From Octopus sinensis (Eukaryota): a DNA stretch of 64,000 nt. The DNA is taken from positions 127,348,001 through 127,412,000 of the forward strand of contig NC_042997.1 in the NCBI RefSeq assembly GCF_006345805.1, read 5' to 3'. This document shows positions 12,110-25,491 of the stretch, piece by piece. How positions within the stretch are numbered: position 1 is the stretch's first letter; each line of letters starts with the position of its first letter. The translations under genes were made by a program, and so were the position numbers. The notes under the pieces are model-generated. The model worked only from the letters and a program-made list of their open reading frames with translations, ran no database searches and was not told the origin of the DNA.

Positions 12110-12500
12110 TATTCTTTTATTCTTTTACTTGTTTCATTCATGTTGACTGTGGCCATGCTAGAGCACTGCCTTTAGTTGAACAAATTGACACCCGGACTTA
12201 TTCTTTGCAAGCCTAGTACTTATTCTATCGGTATCTTTTGCCAAACCGCTAAGTTACGGTGATGTGAACACACCAACATCAGTTGTCAAGCGATGGTGGT
12301 GGGGGGAACAAACACACACACATAAACAAACACAAATATATATACGACGGGCTTCTTTCAGTTTCCGTCTACCAAATCCACTCACAAGGCTTTGGTTGGC
12401 CCGAGGCTATAGTAGAAGACACTTGTCCAAGGTGCCATGCACTGGGACTGAACCCGGAACCATGTGGTTAATAAGCAAGCTACTTACCATACAGCCACAT
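12110..12500 (-). mobile_element. Family A SINE, near full length
   Basis: Similarity to other copies. Confidence 0.85.
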
Positions 12501-12937
12501 CATCATCAACATCATCATCATCATCATCATCATCACCATCATCATCATTTGTTTCAGCATCCACTTCTCCCTACTTGCATGGGTTAGACAGACTTTTGTT
12601 GAAGAGGAATTGTTTTTACAACTGGATGCTCTCCCTGTTTCTAACTTTCAGCTCTTTCCAAAGAAGGTGATATTTTCTCATGACCAGACATGTTTTCACA
12701 GAATATTGAAAATGAAGGTCACGGCATTTATTATCATGACACTTGTTTACAACCACACCAAGATGTCAAGACAAGGAGAAAGCAACACACACACACACAT
12801 ATTCATATATATTTTGCAATTTACTTAATCATCGGTACACCATTGTTATTTTAATTTTAATATTTCTATTATATGTAATTTTCTAGATGGTGTAATTTAA
12901 TTGTTCATTTTGTATTGATAAAAGGTGTTTTATTCTA

Positions 12938-12978
<41 letters not shown>

Positions 12979-13059
12979 TGTGTGTGTGTATGTGTGTGTG
13001 TGTGTGTGTTGCTTTCTCCTTGTCTTGACATCTTGCTGTAGTCGTAAACAAGTGTCGGA

Positions 13060-14160
13060 AAGCTATAGAAAATAATTTCCCAAGAAATTCAAGATACTAT
13101 TCGATTATTAATTCACACCAAATAAGGATAAGGTTTTCTAACACAAAATTCTTTCACAAAACATCTCTTCACATAATAATAAGTTGCTAAATGCAAATCC
13201 ACTTAACGAAAGTATTAACATTGAATTTGTTAACTCTAACCATTCATAAAATTATAATAACAGCAGGGTTATTGTTTCTGAAGTTGACTCCAATAGCATT
13301 CGTTTTCTTACCAGTAATTCTAAGACTAGAAACTCTATTTATCAATATAAAATTACTTCCGGTTCTGACGTTTTATTTTTTATTAAGGTAGTCCTTCATC
13401 TCACTTGTCCAAAACAATATCCAATCATTAATCTACATTTAGACATATCAATAACCATAATAATACTGGGTTTAGGAAATTAATCTGGTATCTAAAGAAT
13501 CATAATAAACAATTTGATTTGGAATGGAATATTCTTTCTATATTTTTTCCATATGATAAAGGTAAATCTTTTTGTCTGGCTTGTAGCAGTGAAGTGTACT
13601 TCATCTTGTTCTCAGACAATCCTCATGTAAACACGTTTATAGAACTCGTTTATCGTTGCAAAGATTGGCAGAAACATACCTTTAATTCTTATAAGTGATT
13701 TCTACCTTTCAATAAAATTCGACCTTTGACTGTCCCCTTACATTTCACTCCCACTAAATATATCTGCTTCCATGCCTCTAAGCTTTATTCTAATTCACCT
13801 ATCGCTCTATATCTCTATACTATTAGTTTGCTGCTAATTTTTTACTTTCTCTTCCCTCTTTTTCTATAAACTACCTTGATATATTATAACCTAACGGTTT
13901 AAAAAACTTGCTAGTGTTCCTTTCATCATATATACAGTTGTCACATTCTGTTAAAATGTCTTATTGATGTGTTTACTTTCTTTCTTTCTCTGATGAGAAG
14001 ATTGCATTGCTTTACACCATTTTATTCCTTCTGGAATAATACCAATGTTTTCTTCGAAACATATGTCGGAAGTAAAAAGATTTGAATAACACCTGCGTTT
14101 AACTTCATTTATTTATCTATAATATACAAAAACATTTCACCTAAACCTGAAGTTTCTACC
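13060..14160 (+). mobile_element. Penelope-like element 3' end (decayed GIY-YIG region plus pLTR)
   Basis: Decayed RNSIYQ...KLIWYLK..NKQFDLEWNIL...PYDKG..FCLAC..E motifs followed by a hammerhead motif. Confidence 0.7.
13981..14075 (+). ncRNA. Type I hammerhead ribozyme motif (PLE type)
   Basis: CTGATGA 13990-13996; stem II GAAGA/TCTTC extended by CATTG/CAATG; GAAAC-ATAT-GTC 14056-14067; weak stem I TTTCT/GGAAG. Confidence 0.65.
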
Positions 14161-14370
14161 TGTTACATCATTGGTACTTGTGTGAACTTTTGCTACCTGG
14201 TGGCTATTTATTTATTTTTCCGTGTTGTTTGTAAACATTGAAAAATTGCACATACATTTATATATATATATATATATTCTTATAATCTTTTTTAATGATT
14301 TGACTGTGGCCATGCTGGAGCACCGCCTACATATATGTATATATATATTATACATACATACATACATACA

Positions 14371-14464
<94 letters not shown>

Positions 14465-14467
<3 letters not shown>

Positions 14468-14810
14468 ACTTCCCCATTGACTGGCTCTGGTGCTGGTGAA
14501 ACGTAAAAATCACCATCTGAATCTGGTTGATACCAGCGCCCTCTGATTGGCTCCCGTGCCAGCAGCACGTAAAAAGCACCATCCGAACATGGTCAATGCC
14601 AGTGTCCCCTGACTGGTTCCTGTACCAGTGGCACGTAACAAGCACCCACTACACTTTAAGAGTGGTTGGCGTTAGGAAGGGCATCCAGCTGTAGAAAACT
14701 TGCCAGATCGGATTGGAGCCTGGTGCAGCCTACTGGCTTGCAGTACTCAGTCAAACCGTCCAACCCATACCAGCATGGAAAGCCAACGTTAAACGACGAT
14801 GATGATGATA
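14465..14810 (+). mobile_element. RTE 3' UTR-derived element
   Basis: Same modules and tail as 11425-11800. Confidence 0.75.
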
Positions 14811-15782
14811 TACATACAACAGGTTACCTTCAGTTTCCACATTTCAAATCCAGTCATAAGGCTTTGGTTAGAGTAGGACTATATTAGAAGACACCCAAGT
14901 TGCGAGAATTAGAATGGAGCAATCTCTTATCTATTACACTATTTCAGTAGTACGTCTCTATTGTAATGTGAGATAATATTTTCAGTTTGAAAGATGTCTG
15001 TCCTATATATATATATTCCTTATGCATTCCAAAACCGAGTTACAGATTTTGACGTATGGGGTATCAAAAGATTCAGTATTATTTAAGGTACAAATTAAAC
15101 ATAATTTCCATTCACATACTTAAATTTCAAAAAATTAACATGATCTTTTCCATAAATCAGCTATCGTAAACATTTTATACGATGACGTCACATTTTCTAT
15201 ATGTGTGTGTACCTTAAAAGACATCAATCATCACGACACACACGTTTACTCACTCACTCAATCTCTCTTTTTCACTCTCTTTCTGTCTCACACACACACG
15301 CACTTGCACGCGCGCACACAGTCTCACACACGCGTCCATTTCATATAGACGTATATACATCTTTCACTTTCTTTCTATGTCCTTTTCGCTTTCTCTTCTT
15401 TCAATTTCTGCTCTCTTCAAATAATCTTTAACGGAATGAGCGGAAGAAAAACAGAAAGTACGTAATTTTTCCAGAAACAAGTATAAAGCAAGGAGGATTG
15501 TAGAAAAACAAAGGCAAGAGTCTGAAGAGTGATGAGATTTTTTCAAGATCAGCAAATGCATGTTGCAGCACTTAATGCTGGATCATTATAATCAATGTTT
15601 TAATGATTTGACAGAGGTCCAGTAGAATAGCTCTCAGAAACAGACTACGTACAAATTCGTTCTTCACAACATTTACTCCACAAATGTTTTGTTGTCAATG
15701 CTGCACTTTCCCATATCATCTGTTTCAACAGAACTGTAATATATTATATACAAACTATGCCATTATAATCCCGAGCTAATAA

Positions 15783-15838
<56 letters not shown>

Positions 15839-15854
15839 GCACATATGTGTGGTG

Positions 15855-16510
15855 TGTGTGCTGTGCAAGAGAGACGACTGCGCTGGTATGGCCATGTGAT
15901 GCGTATGGACGATCTCTAACTATGAAGGGAACCTGAGGTAGAGGCAGAACCAGGAAGACATGGTGGCGAAGCATGATCTTCGAACTTTGGGCCTCACATA
16001 GGTAATGACTAGTGAGCGAGACTTTTGGCAATATGCTGTGCTTGAAAGGACCAGTCAAGCCAAGTGAATCGTAGTTGTAGCTGATACTGGTGTCATGTAA
16101 CTGGCATCCGTGCTAGTGGCACGTAAAAAGTACCTTTAGAGCATTGGGGATCTTGGGGGCAAAGTGGCTGATGCCAGTGGCACGTGAAAAGCTCCTTTCG
16201 AGTGTTGGCACTCATTGAGGCAATGACTGAAATCTTTGGTATTATGTCGTGCTTGAGAAGAAGACCCATTAAGCCAAGTAAAATCGCTGTTGTGGCAAAT
16301 ACTGGTATCATGCAAATGGTACCCGTATTGGTGGCACGTAAAAGTACCCATTATACTCTGGGAGTGGTTGGCGTTAGGGAAGGCATCCAGCCGTGGAAAC
16401 CATGCGAAATCAGATTGGAATCTGGTGCAGCCTTCCAGCTTACCAGCCCTGGTCAAACCGTCCGACTCATGTCAGCATGGACAACGGACATTAAATGATG
16501 ATGATTATGA
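15855..16510 (+). mobile_element. RTE LINE 3' end
   Basis: VQERRLRWYGHVMRMD...GRGRTRKTW plus tail. Confidence 0.8.
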
Positions 16511-17659
16511 TTATGATGATGATGATGATGATGATATGATTATGATGATGATGATGGTGAAAGACAGAGGGAAAGAAAAACGAACGGCAGGAGAGACAGA
16601 GAAAGAAAGAGAGAAAAAAACGGGAGAGGGTGCACGCATGCATGTGTACAAATACATGGTAATATTAACATTTCCTGTTAATGCTATGAGTGGTCATTGT
16701 GATCTTCTAAAGACCTTTTTGGAATAAAAAAAATCTTTACTTGAAAAGCAAGATAAAAATTGGTAACAGGTGGTGTATCAAACTATAAAATTCTGCCTCT
16801 AATAATTTCCCGCTTAAGGTATGGTAGCATCTAAAAGAGACATGAAGCAAACAGGCTAACGAGCTACATTATCTAATATGTCCTTCCTTTATTTACAATG
16901 TGAAAGTGTGATTTGAAGGAGATTTGGCCACTTTTTCTCGTGGATAGAATAATTATGTAAAAGCTTCCTTTGGAAACTGCATGCGGTGCAATGTGCTCAT
17001 GATATATCTGATTTATCATTAAACCAATCAGAAGGAGTTTTACATAATTGTTTAAATAATCTCATGAAGTATTCAAATCTCCATCAACAAATTATCTTCT
17101 CTTTTTGAAAAGGAAACCATAGTTTTTTTTTTTAGAATTAAGAATCAGTGTCTTAGTTTCAAAATTGAATGTTGATTAAACAATTCGTTAATCAATTCCT
17201 CCAGGGTTCACACAGACAGTTAACCATAGTTTTCAACAAACACCATGACAAATGAAATGGATAACAAGAGATTTTCATATTCTGACATTATATTCTTGTT
17301 AAAGATAATATCGAATTTTTAACTGGAAAATAATTGTTAATCAATTGGAACTTTTGCTGTATGGCGAAGAAAATTCTAATCTAGAATTAGAAAATTAGTA
17401 ATTTTCATTAGGTTTGTTAGAATTAATTAAGATTATTCTCACAAGGGAGAGAACTTCCAGATTTTCAATTGACCAAAAATTAAATGGAGATATTTCAATG
17501 GGAAACGAGTCTGAACTTTTGTAGTCATGCTGACAGCTCTTGACTTTTTTAATCTCTGCAGCAAACCATGGCCAGCACGAAACTGCCTAAGCACAAAATG
17601 ATTTCAAAATTATGTTTTGGTGTGAAATTATTTTTTAAATATTTTTTTTTACCTGTTAA

Positions 17660-18065
17660 GTCCGGAGAAAGGGCCAGGGCCCTTGCAGACTCTCTAAAGC
17701 TGGTGGCATTTATGGTTAAATCTATCTTAAAGTGATGCAGGTCAACACCAGCAGGATAGATATTAGCAGGGAAGAGATTGCACAGAGTCGATGTTCTGGG
17801 GATGAAAGACTGCTTAATGAGGGAAATTAGAGTTAGACACACCAAGTGTGATGAGTAATGGTTAGATGAGAGGGTAGAAGGAGTATGAGTGGTGAATGTA
17901 TGAGACCAGCCAATTCTGAGGGATAGAGGCTGTTACTATAGAAAAGGCTGTTAGCAATAGAAGACCAGGAGAGATGACGGTACATTTGTGGGTCAAAGGC
18001 CAGAGTGTTTCAATTAGTGTTGGAATGCAAATATACAAAGTGTCTTCTCTGTGAAAATGATTTAG
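17660..18065 (-). mobile_element. CR1-group LINE 3' fragment
   Basis: SFIPRTSTLCNLFPANIYP...LHHFK resembles the CR1/Zenon ORF2 C-terminus. Confidence 0.6.
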
Positions 18066-18364
18066 AATGCTCATGTGGTTTCAGGTTCAGTCTCACTAAG
18101 CAAAAGTTTGGTCAAGTATTTTCTACAATAGCCCCAGGACAATCAATGTCTTGTGAATGAGTTTGGTTCAAAGTAACTGAGTGGAAGCCTGTCATATATA
18201 AATATATAATTTTATCATAAAGACCATTTTAGTACCAGTTTCTGTCTTTGCGACTTTTCCAACTTAGAGTGAAGCATGAAAAACAATTAAATTGTGGGAA
18301 AATGAAATGAAATGTTTTAAAAAAATATTTCCATAGTTTTCAAATACATGGGGCATTTTCCTTT

Positions 18365-18413
<49 letters not shown>

Positions 18414-18419
18414 TTTTGT

Positions 18420-19030
18420 GAAGGCTCGGTAGGTAGTAGCAGATCTGAAGAAATATTTAATATGAGAGACATGCGTTCTTGGCTTTGATTGTTTAAGCAG
18501 CAGTAGCCGAGGAAGGAGACAGCGAAGAAGAAGAAGAAGAAGAAGAGTTAGTGGGAAAAGAAGAGAAAGAATAAGAAAACGACAGGAGTGGTATGACATT
18601 AGTAGGTTGTTGGTGGAGTCCTCTTAAATGGTCAGGTGACCTAAAAGTGACCTGTTGTGGTTATAGTAATAGTGATTGGAATTGTTCTGAATAAATTCAT
18701 GTGGAGTGACTGTTCTGAATATACTGTTTTTAATATTTGCTGGGGTATTATTCTAAGGCCCTTGTAGTAGTGTCATTTGTGGTGGACGCATTCAAAAGGA
18801 GTTTATATTTTGTGATAAAATATGACTCTTTGCTAATACGCTAACTACAGGTTGCATCGTCCCTTATTTTTTTAGCCGGGAAAAATTTTGAAGTTGGGTT
18901 GTCCGTTAGTGGCGCAAATGTCAATGTTTTTGTTGAATGTTATTTTTCTGTATTCCCGAATTTGAATCTGAGATCTATGTAGGGTCATCCTTTGGCGTAG
19001 ACTGTTTTCGGTTTGGGCTATGTATTGCCG
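18420..19030 (-). mobile_element. Penelope-like element fragment (GIY-YIG C-terminus and 3' region)
   Basis: QYIAQTENSLRQRMTLHRSQI...NFKIFP. Confidence 0.7.
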
Positions 19031-19620
19031 CTTGGGAACTGCATCAACTGATTTCATGAAGTACTCTTGTGAGATGGAAGACATAACTTCTCGTATTCGC
19101 ACTAAGTTCCTCCCAGGTCGTTGGTTTGGTAGAGTAAACTTGTTCCTTTAATTAACCTAAAAGAAATAAGTCTCAGGGTGTTAAATCAGGGCTTCTGGCC
19201 GGCCAAGCATGCGGACTGCGATGACCCATCCATCTCCCAAGGAAGTGGGCATTCACTGACAACAATAGCAAAATGTGGAGAAGCACCATCTTGCATGAAA
19301 ATCAACTCTTCAATATTCTCCCAAGTGTTGATAACCGGTCAGATTTCATCTTGCAGCATTGTGAGGCATCTTTTAGTATTCATGGTATTGCAGAGGACGA
19401 AGGGACTCTCAATCCTGCCCGAAGTCACACCACACCATACCGTTACCTTGGGCCGGTTCTGCATTTTTTTCAGAGATAATACGAGGATCTTCTCCTGCCC
19501 ATTTGTGGCAGTTGTGAAGGTTCACAAACCCACCCATGTGGAATACCGCTTCATCACTTCAGAGGATATTTTAAAAGAGATCATACTATTCTTCATACCA
19601 AGCCAACATCACCTACCCCA
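19031..19620 (-). mobile_element. Tc1/mariner-superfamily transposase fragment
   Basis: Reverse strand FMQDGASPHFA...WPARSPDLTP.DLFLLG...EQVYSTKP; catalytic-domain region with stops. Confidence 0.8.
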
Positions 19621-19779
19621 AACTCTAAATCTCAAGCAAAATAATCGATCTGAGAACAAAACAACAACAAAGAATCAATTAGTATACATTAAAGAACATA
19701 CCCAACAAATTTTAGGAAAAATTATCGTTAATAAATAAATTATAAGTATTTTCAAATAGGGAATTACTTTTCAATCACC

Positions 19780-20082
<303 letters not shown>

Positions 20083-20084
20083 TG

Positions 20085-20620
20085 TGCACAGTTGTAGAAA
20101 TTAGCTGCCCAACGGATGTTAATATAAAGCTGAAGTTTAGTGAAAAAGAGAACACCTATGCTGAACTATTGAGAAATCTGCAGTTACTCTATCCAGATTA
20201 CAACTCAGGTTTATACCTGTAATTATTGGGGCCCTGGGATATATAACACACTGCCTAAATACCGATCTTGAGAAATTAGGCTTCACAAACCCAGAAAGGA
20301 GAAAGCTAATTCGAAGACAACAATATTTAAATGATAAACTTTCCAGAAGTTTATCATTTAAATATAGATGAGCATGTCTAGATATGTAACTATATGCATG
20401 AGAATACATACATAAAACATACAAACCTTCACATACATACATACATACATACATACATACATACATACATACATACATACATACATACATACATACATAC
20501 ATACACTTATATATATAAACAAAAATACCCTGTTGTTGATGTTGAAATTCAAATGAAGATGCCTTGGATCTAGGTTAGAAACCGGTTCTTTCTCTATCTA
20601 ACTGAATAATGACTTACATA
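20085..20620 (+). mobile_element. R4/Dong-like (RLE endonuclease) non-LTR element 3' end
   Basis: VVEISCPTDVNIKLKFSEKENTYAELLRNLQLLYPDY / FIPVIIGALGYI (frameshifted); embedded in (CATA)n. Confidence 0.7.
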
Positions 20621-20679
20621 CATACATACATACAAACATACATATATACATGCATACATACATATACACATATGAATAT

Positions 20680-21055
20680 ATATGCGTATTGACAAGAACA
20701 GCTACCTAAAGAAGTGCCAATCTCTCACTGTGAAGGGAACCTGTCCAAGAAGCAGACCCAAGAAGACATGGGATGAGGTAGTGAAGTATAGTCTTTGGTT
20801 GTTGAGTCTTACGGAGATGATGAGAAGTGACCGAAACTTTTGGAGATTTTCTGTGCTCGAGAAGACACATCACGCTAAGTGAAATCATAGTCGTATCAAA
20901 TTGATGAGAGATGTACACAGTCTACACTGTGGGATGGTTGGTATTAGGAAGGATACTCAGCTGTAGAAATCAAACCAAATTGGAACCTGGTGCAGCTCTC
21001 TGGCTTACCATTTCCAGTCGATCAGCCTAACGCGTGCCATTATGTCTAACGGACG
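20680..21055 (+). mobile_element. RTE LINE 3' end
   Basis: MRIDKNSYLKKCQSLTVKGTCPRSRPKKTWDEVV. Confidence 0.75.
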
Positions 21056-21620
21056 CACACACAAACGAACCAGGGATATGAGTATTAGAAGTTTGTAAGC
21101 TTCAAGCAGTAACCAGCTGGTATAGAGAACAAAAAGTGGGCAATATACGATAAAGGACAATAAAATTTTATTAGCACCGAGAGTTACACACTTTTCCCCA
21201 TATCGAAGTTGTGAAGAAATTCGATATGCAGCTAATTCTTCTAAAATTGCAAATAAAAAATCAAATTGAGGGCGTGGAACAGGTAAAATGTACGCTACAT
21301 ATGTTTCTTAACTAGCTGAAGCTCATGAAGCAATTGCTATACAAAAAATTCTATTCAACTTGTCTAATCATGAGACTAAGATTACCTTAATAAATACTAT
21401 ATTCTTACTCGGAATTTCTAAGTCAGCCACAACACAATAGGGAGTTCAACTGAGATTCTGTTCGACAGCCTGATGATTAGCTACATTGAGTAGATTTCAT
21501 TGCATCATGAGTTTCGGTTGGTTAAGAAGCATATGTAACGTACATTTTACGTGTTTCACTCTCTCAATTTGGATTAGAGACACACACACACACGCACATA
21601 CATATATACATATATATGTG

Positions 21621-21694
<74 letters not shown>

Positions 21695-21706
21695 TATATA
21701 CATATA

Positions 21707-22110
21707 GGCGTAGGAGTGACTGTGTGGTAAGTAGCTTGCTTACGAACCGCATGGTTCTGGGTTCAGTCGCACTGCGTAGCTGCTTAGGCAAATGTCTTCT
21801 ACTATAGCCTCGGGCCGACCAAAGCCTTGTTAGTGGACTTGATAGACGGAAACTGAAAGAAGCCTGTCGTATATATGTATATATATATGTGTATATATAT
21901 GTTTGTGTGTCTGTGTTTGTCCCCCCCCCCCAGAATCGTTTGACAACCGATGCTGGTGTGTTTTTGTCCCCGTAACTTAGCGGTTCAGCAAAAGAGCCCG
22001 ATAGAATAAGTACTAGGTTTACAAAGAATAAGTCCTGGGGTCGATTTGCTCGACGAAAGGCGGTGCTACAGCATGGACACATTTAAATGACAGAAACAAG
22101 TAAAAGAGTA
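21707..22110 (+). mobile_element. Family A SINE, full length
   Basis: A-box-like and B-box (GGTTCAGTCGC) motifs, CORE-like domain, internal TA/TG tract, AAGTAAAAGAGTA tail. Confidence 0.9.
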
Positions 22111-22280
22111 TATCTAGTTATATATATATATGCGTATATATATATGTTTATCAGAATTAAACAGCCGAAATGTGCGATGAGGAATCGGTTTCTGACTGAA
22201 GAACGAAGGCTTTGAATGACCCGTTTGTCTTTTATGTTCGTCCCTTCGTGTATTTCACGTTATTTATTTATGTAAAGGTT

Positions 22281-22318
<38 letters not shown>

Positions 22319-23224
22319 TATATATATATACATGTATGTATGCATGTATGTATGTATGTATGTATGTTTGTATGTTTGTATGTATGTATGTTTGTATGTT
22401 TGTATGTGTGTGCGTGTCTCTGTGTTTGTCTACCACCATCTCCCCAACCACCACCAGCACTTGATAGCAAGTATTGTTTTGTGTGTGTTCCTCTGGTTTA
22501 ATGCTTTGACAAAGGTGACTGATAGAATAAGTACCAGGCTTAAAAAGTAATTTGCTCCACTAAACCCATCAGACAGTGCCCCAGCATGGCCGCAGTCCAA
22601 TGACTGGAAGAAGCAAAAGATAAAAGATAGATTACATAGTTTGTTGTGGTCGCAAACAACAGCATCAGGCTGGGTAGAGTTTAATTTGGTTGCGGTGCTG
22701 TTCTTATTTGCCGTTTGTGATATTTACATTCTTTACTCTATTCTAGAGTTGTGTGGCTATTATGTATCCTGTCTCATGAGAAATTAGGATTTAAATGATT
22801 TTTGACGTGTGATTAATGTCTTCGGTTATTTATGTAGTTTTTTTCTTTTATTTCAGATTGGAAAATATAAAACCTACAGTAGTAATGTATGATATTGGCT
22901 GTCCTTCTCTCTCAGAAAAAAAAAAAAGAAACCCAGAAACAAAAATCAAAAAAAAAAGAAACAAAGAGATTGTAAAATAAGGAAGACTTTGCGGCAGGTT
23001 CTGACATTCCAAGAAATGATAGTCTGAAAGGTTGAAAGTGAAGTTGAGGGATGTTAGAAGGAAGTAAGAATGGGAGGGATGTTAATGAGATGACACAGGT
23101 GATAAGGGGGGGTTGGTCAATGACTTAAGTGAAAAAGCAAATATAGAATGAGTGGGGACGAAAAGGGAAGGTAAAAGTTAGAAATACTGGAATACACACA
23201 CACCTACATACATTTATATATATA

Positions 23225-23637
23225 CTCTTACTCTTTACTCTTTTACTTGTTTCAGTCATTTGACTGTGGCCATGCTGGAGCACCGCCTTTAGTCGAGCAA
23301 ATCGACCCCAGGACTTATTCTTTGTAAGCCTAGTACTTATTCTATCGGTCTCTTTGGTGGAACCGCTAAGTTACGGGGACGTAAACACACCAGCATCGGT
23401 TGTCAAGCGATGTAGGGGTGGGGGACAAACACAGACATACAAACATATACACACACATACACATATATATACATATATACGACGTGCTTCTTCCAGTTTC
23501 CGTCTACCAAATCCACTCACAAGGCTTTGGTAGGCCCGACGCTATAGTATAAGACACTTGTCCAAGGTGCTACGCACTGAGACTGAACCCGGAACCATGT
23601 GGTTGGTAAGCAAGCTACTTACCACACAGCTACTCCT
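23225..23637 (-). mobile_element. Family A SINE, full length
   Basis: Same structure as 21707-22110 on the reverse strand. Confidence 0.9.
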
Positions 23638-23754
23638 ATATATATATATATATATATGAAATATGAATTAGAGATAAAACCACTATTATGCAACTCAAAC
23701 AGTGATAGACATAAACCAATACATATTATTATATGATTATATATTATTATATAT

Positions 23755-24250
23755 ATAAACTTAGATAAATTTAGATATGTTTCGACCAAAGATTGGTCCA
23801 GGCCATGTCTAACTTAATAGCACCACCTGATAGGATTATGCGAATCCTGTTTAAGGCAAGTTTTGTTCAAGTAGTGAGTTCTTGTTGGGTGAGTTGTATC
23901 CAATTATGGGTGGCTTATCTGGTATTCTTTGAAGGAATCTATCCAGACTCCGTTTAAAGTTGATGGGATCCTTTTCCTCTTTGATCTCCTTCGGGACAAT
24001 GTTAAATAGGGCAGGGCCTGTTGAGGAAAATAAATTATGTTGCAGTGTACATGTATGTTGTGATCTTGAACTGGGCAGGGGTCGTATGGCCCGTGGTCCC
24101 AGTCTTGGATGAACCTTGAAGCTAATGTTAAGGTCGTTTGGGCAAAGTTGCCGGTATATTCTCCACATCGTACAAATGATGTACCGCTCACGGCGACGCT
24201 GGAGGGAGTAAAGTTTCAAGGCTTTAAGGCGATCCCAATAATCGAGAGCG
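23755..24250 (-). mobile_element. CR1/Jockey-group LINE 3' end
   Basis: LDYWDRLKALKLYSLQRRRERYII...FKRSLDRFLQRIPDKP; tail GGTGCTATTAAGTTAGACATGGCCTGG shared with 63150-64000. Confidence 0.85.
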
Positions 24251-24444
24251 GCCATATATATAATATTATAATATTATATATAATATATAATATTATCCAA
24301 TATATAATATTGATAATATCATAGCGAACTACAATATTCTCCTATGGGTGATATCATAAGAGTTTATAAACCTCTTAATATAGAATATTAATAATAATTC
24401 TTTTTTGGAACTGGTTCTCGAAGTACATATAAAGTTGTTAATAA

Positions 24445-24655
24445 TGGTTTCAAATTTTGATGCAAAGCCAGCACTTCTTTAGGGAAAGGGTTAGTCGATT
24501 ACATAGACCCCAGTGCTTGACTGGTAATTATTTTATCAACCCTGAAAGGATGAATGGTGAAGTCAAACTCGATGGAATTTGAACACACGACGTGAAAATA
24601 GAGGAAATACCGCTAAGCATTTTGTCAGGTGTGCTAACGATTCTGGCTGCTCGCC
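24445..24655 (-). mobile_element. Diverged family B SINE monomer
   Basis: CCTGAAAGGATGAATGGTGAAGTCAAACTCGATGGAATTTGAAC. Confidence 0.7.
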
Positions 24656-24820
24656 AGAAAAGCAAAATCTTTTGCCACAATAATCAACACCTCGTAAACA
24701 AAAAAAGAGATATGAATTTTGAAGAAAATTATCAATTTTCATTCGTAGAGAGAAACATGATCATCATTAGCTGGCATAAATAATGCATATACACAAACGC
24801 GCGCGCGCACGCACGCACAC

Positions 24821-24857
<37 letters not shown>

Positions 24858-24999
24858 TACACACATTTAAATATAAGAGTGTATAAATATTTTTGTATAC
24901 ACAAAGAGGAGACCATTGACTCCTTACACTGGTAAAAAGACCATTATTTATGCATGCTAATCACCGGTAATAAATTATTTTTTATTACCCTCATATCTA

Positions 25000-25125
<126 letters not shown>

Positions 25126-25430
25126 TGTGTCTGCAAGAGATATGGGTTCAAGTCCTGTAGGCAGCCTTGCACCTCTCCTATCCAAAAAGGGCTTTTTAAC
25201 CCTGCATGTTGTTATTTATAGCTTCATGTTATATACTTCGAGAATCGATGCCAAAAAGAGTTATGTGTGTGTGTGTGTGGTTGTGTGTGCGTGCGTGTGT
25301 GTGTGTTGGTTTGTATTTATATGTTTGTATATTATTATGATATATTATTATACACTTATCATTATACTATGAGTTTTCCATTGTATCTCCTTAACTTACA
25401 AAGCCTTTTCGGGTTTGTTTATTAATATTA

Positions 25431-25491
<61 letters not shown>

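Noticed and set aside
18872-19102. ORF fusing a mariner C-terminus to a GIY-YIG fragment as a novel gene
   Set aside because: Short in-frame junction of two decayed elements; both parts are truncated, with stops nearby.
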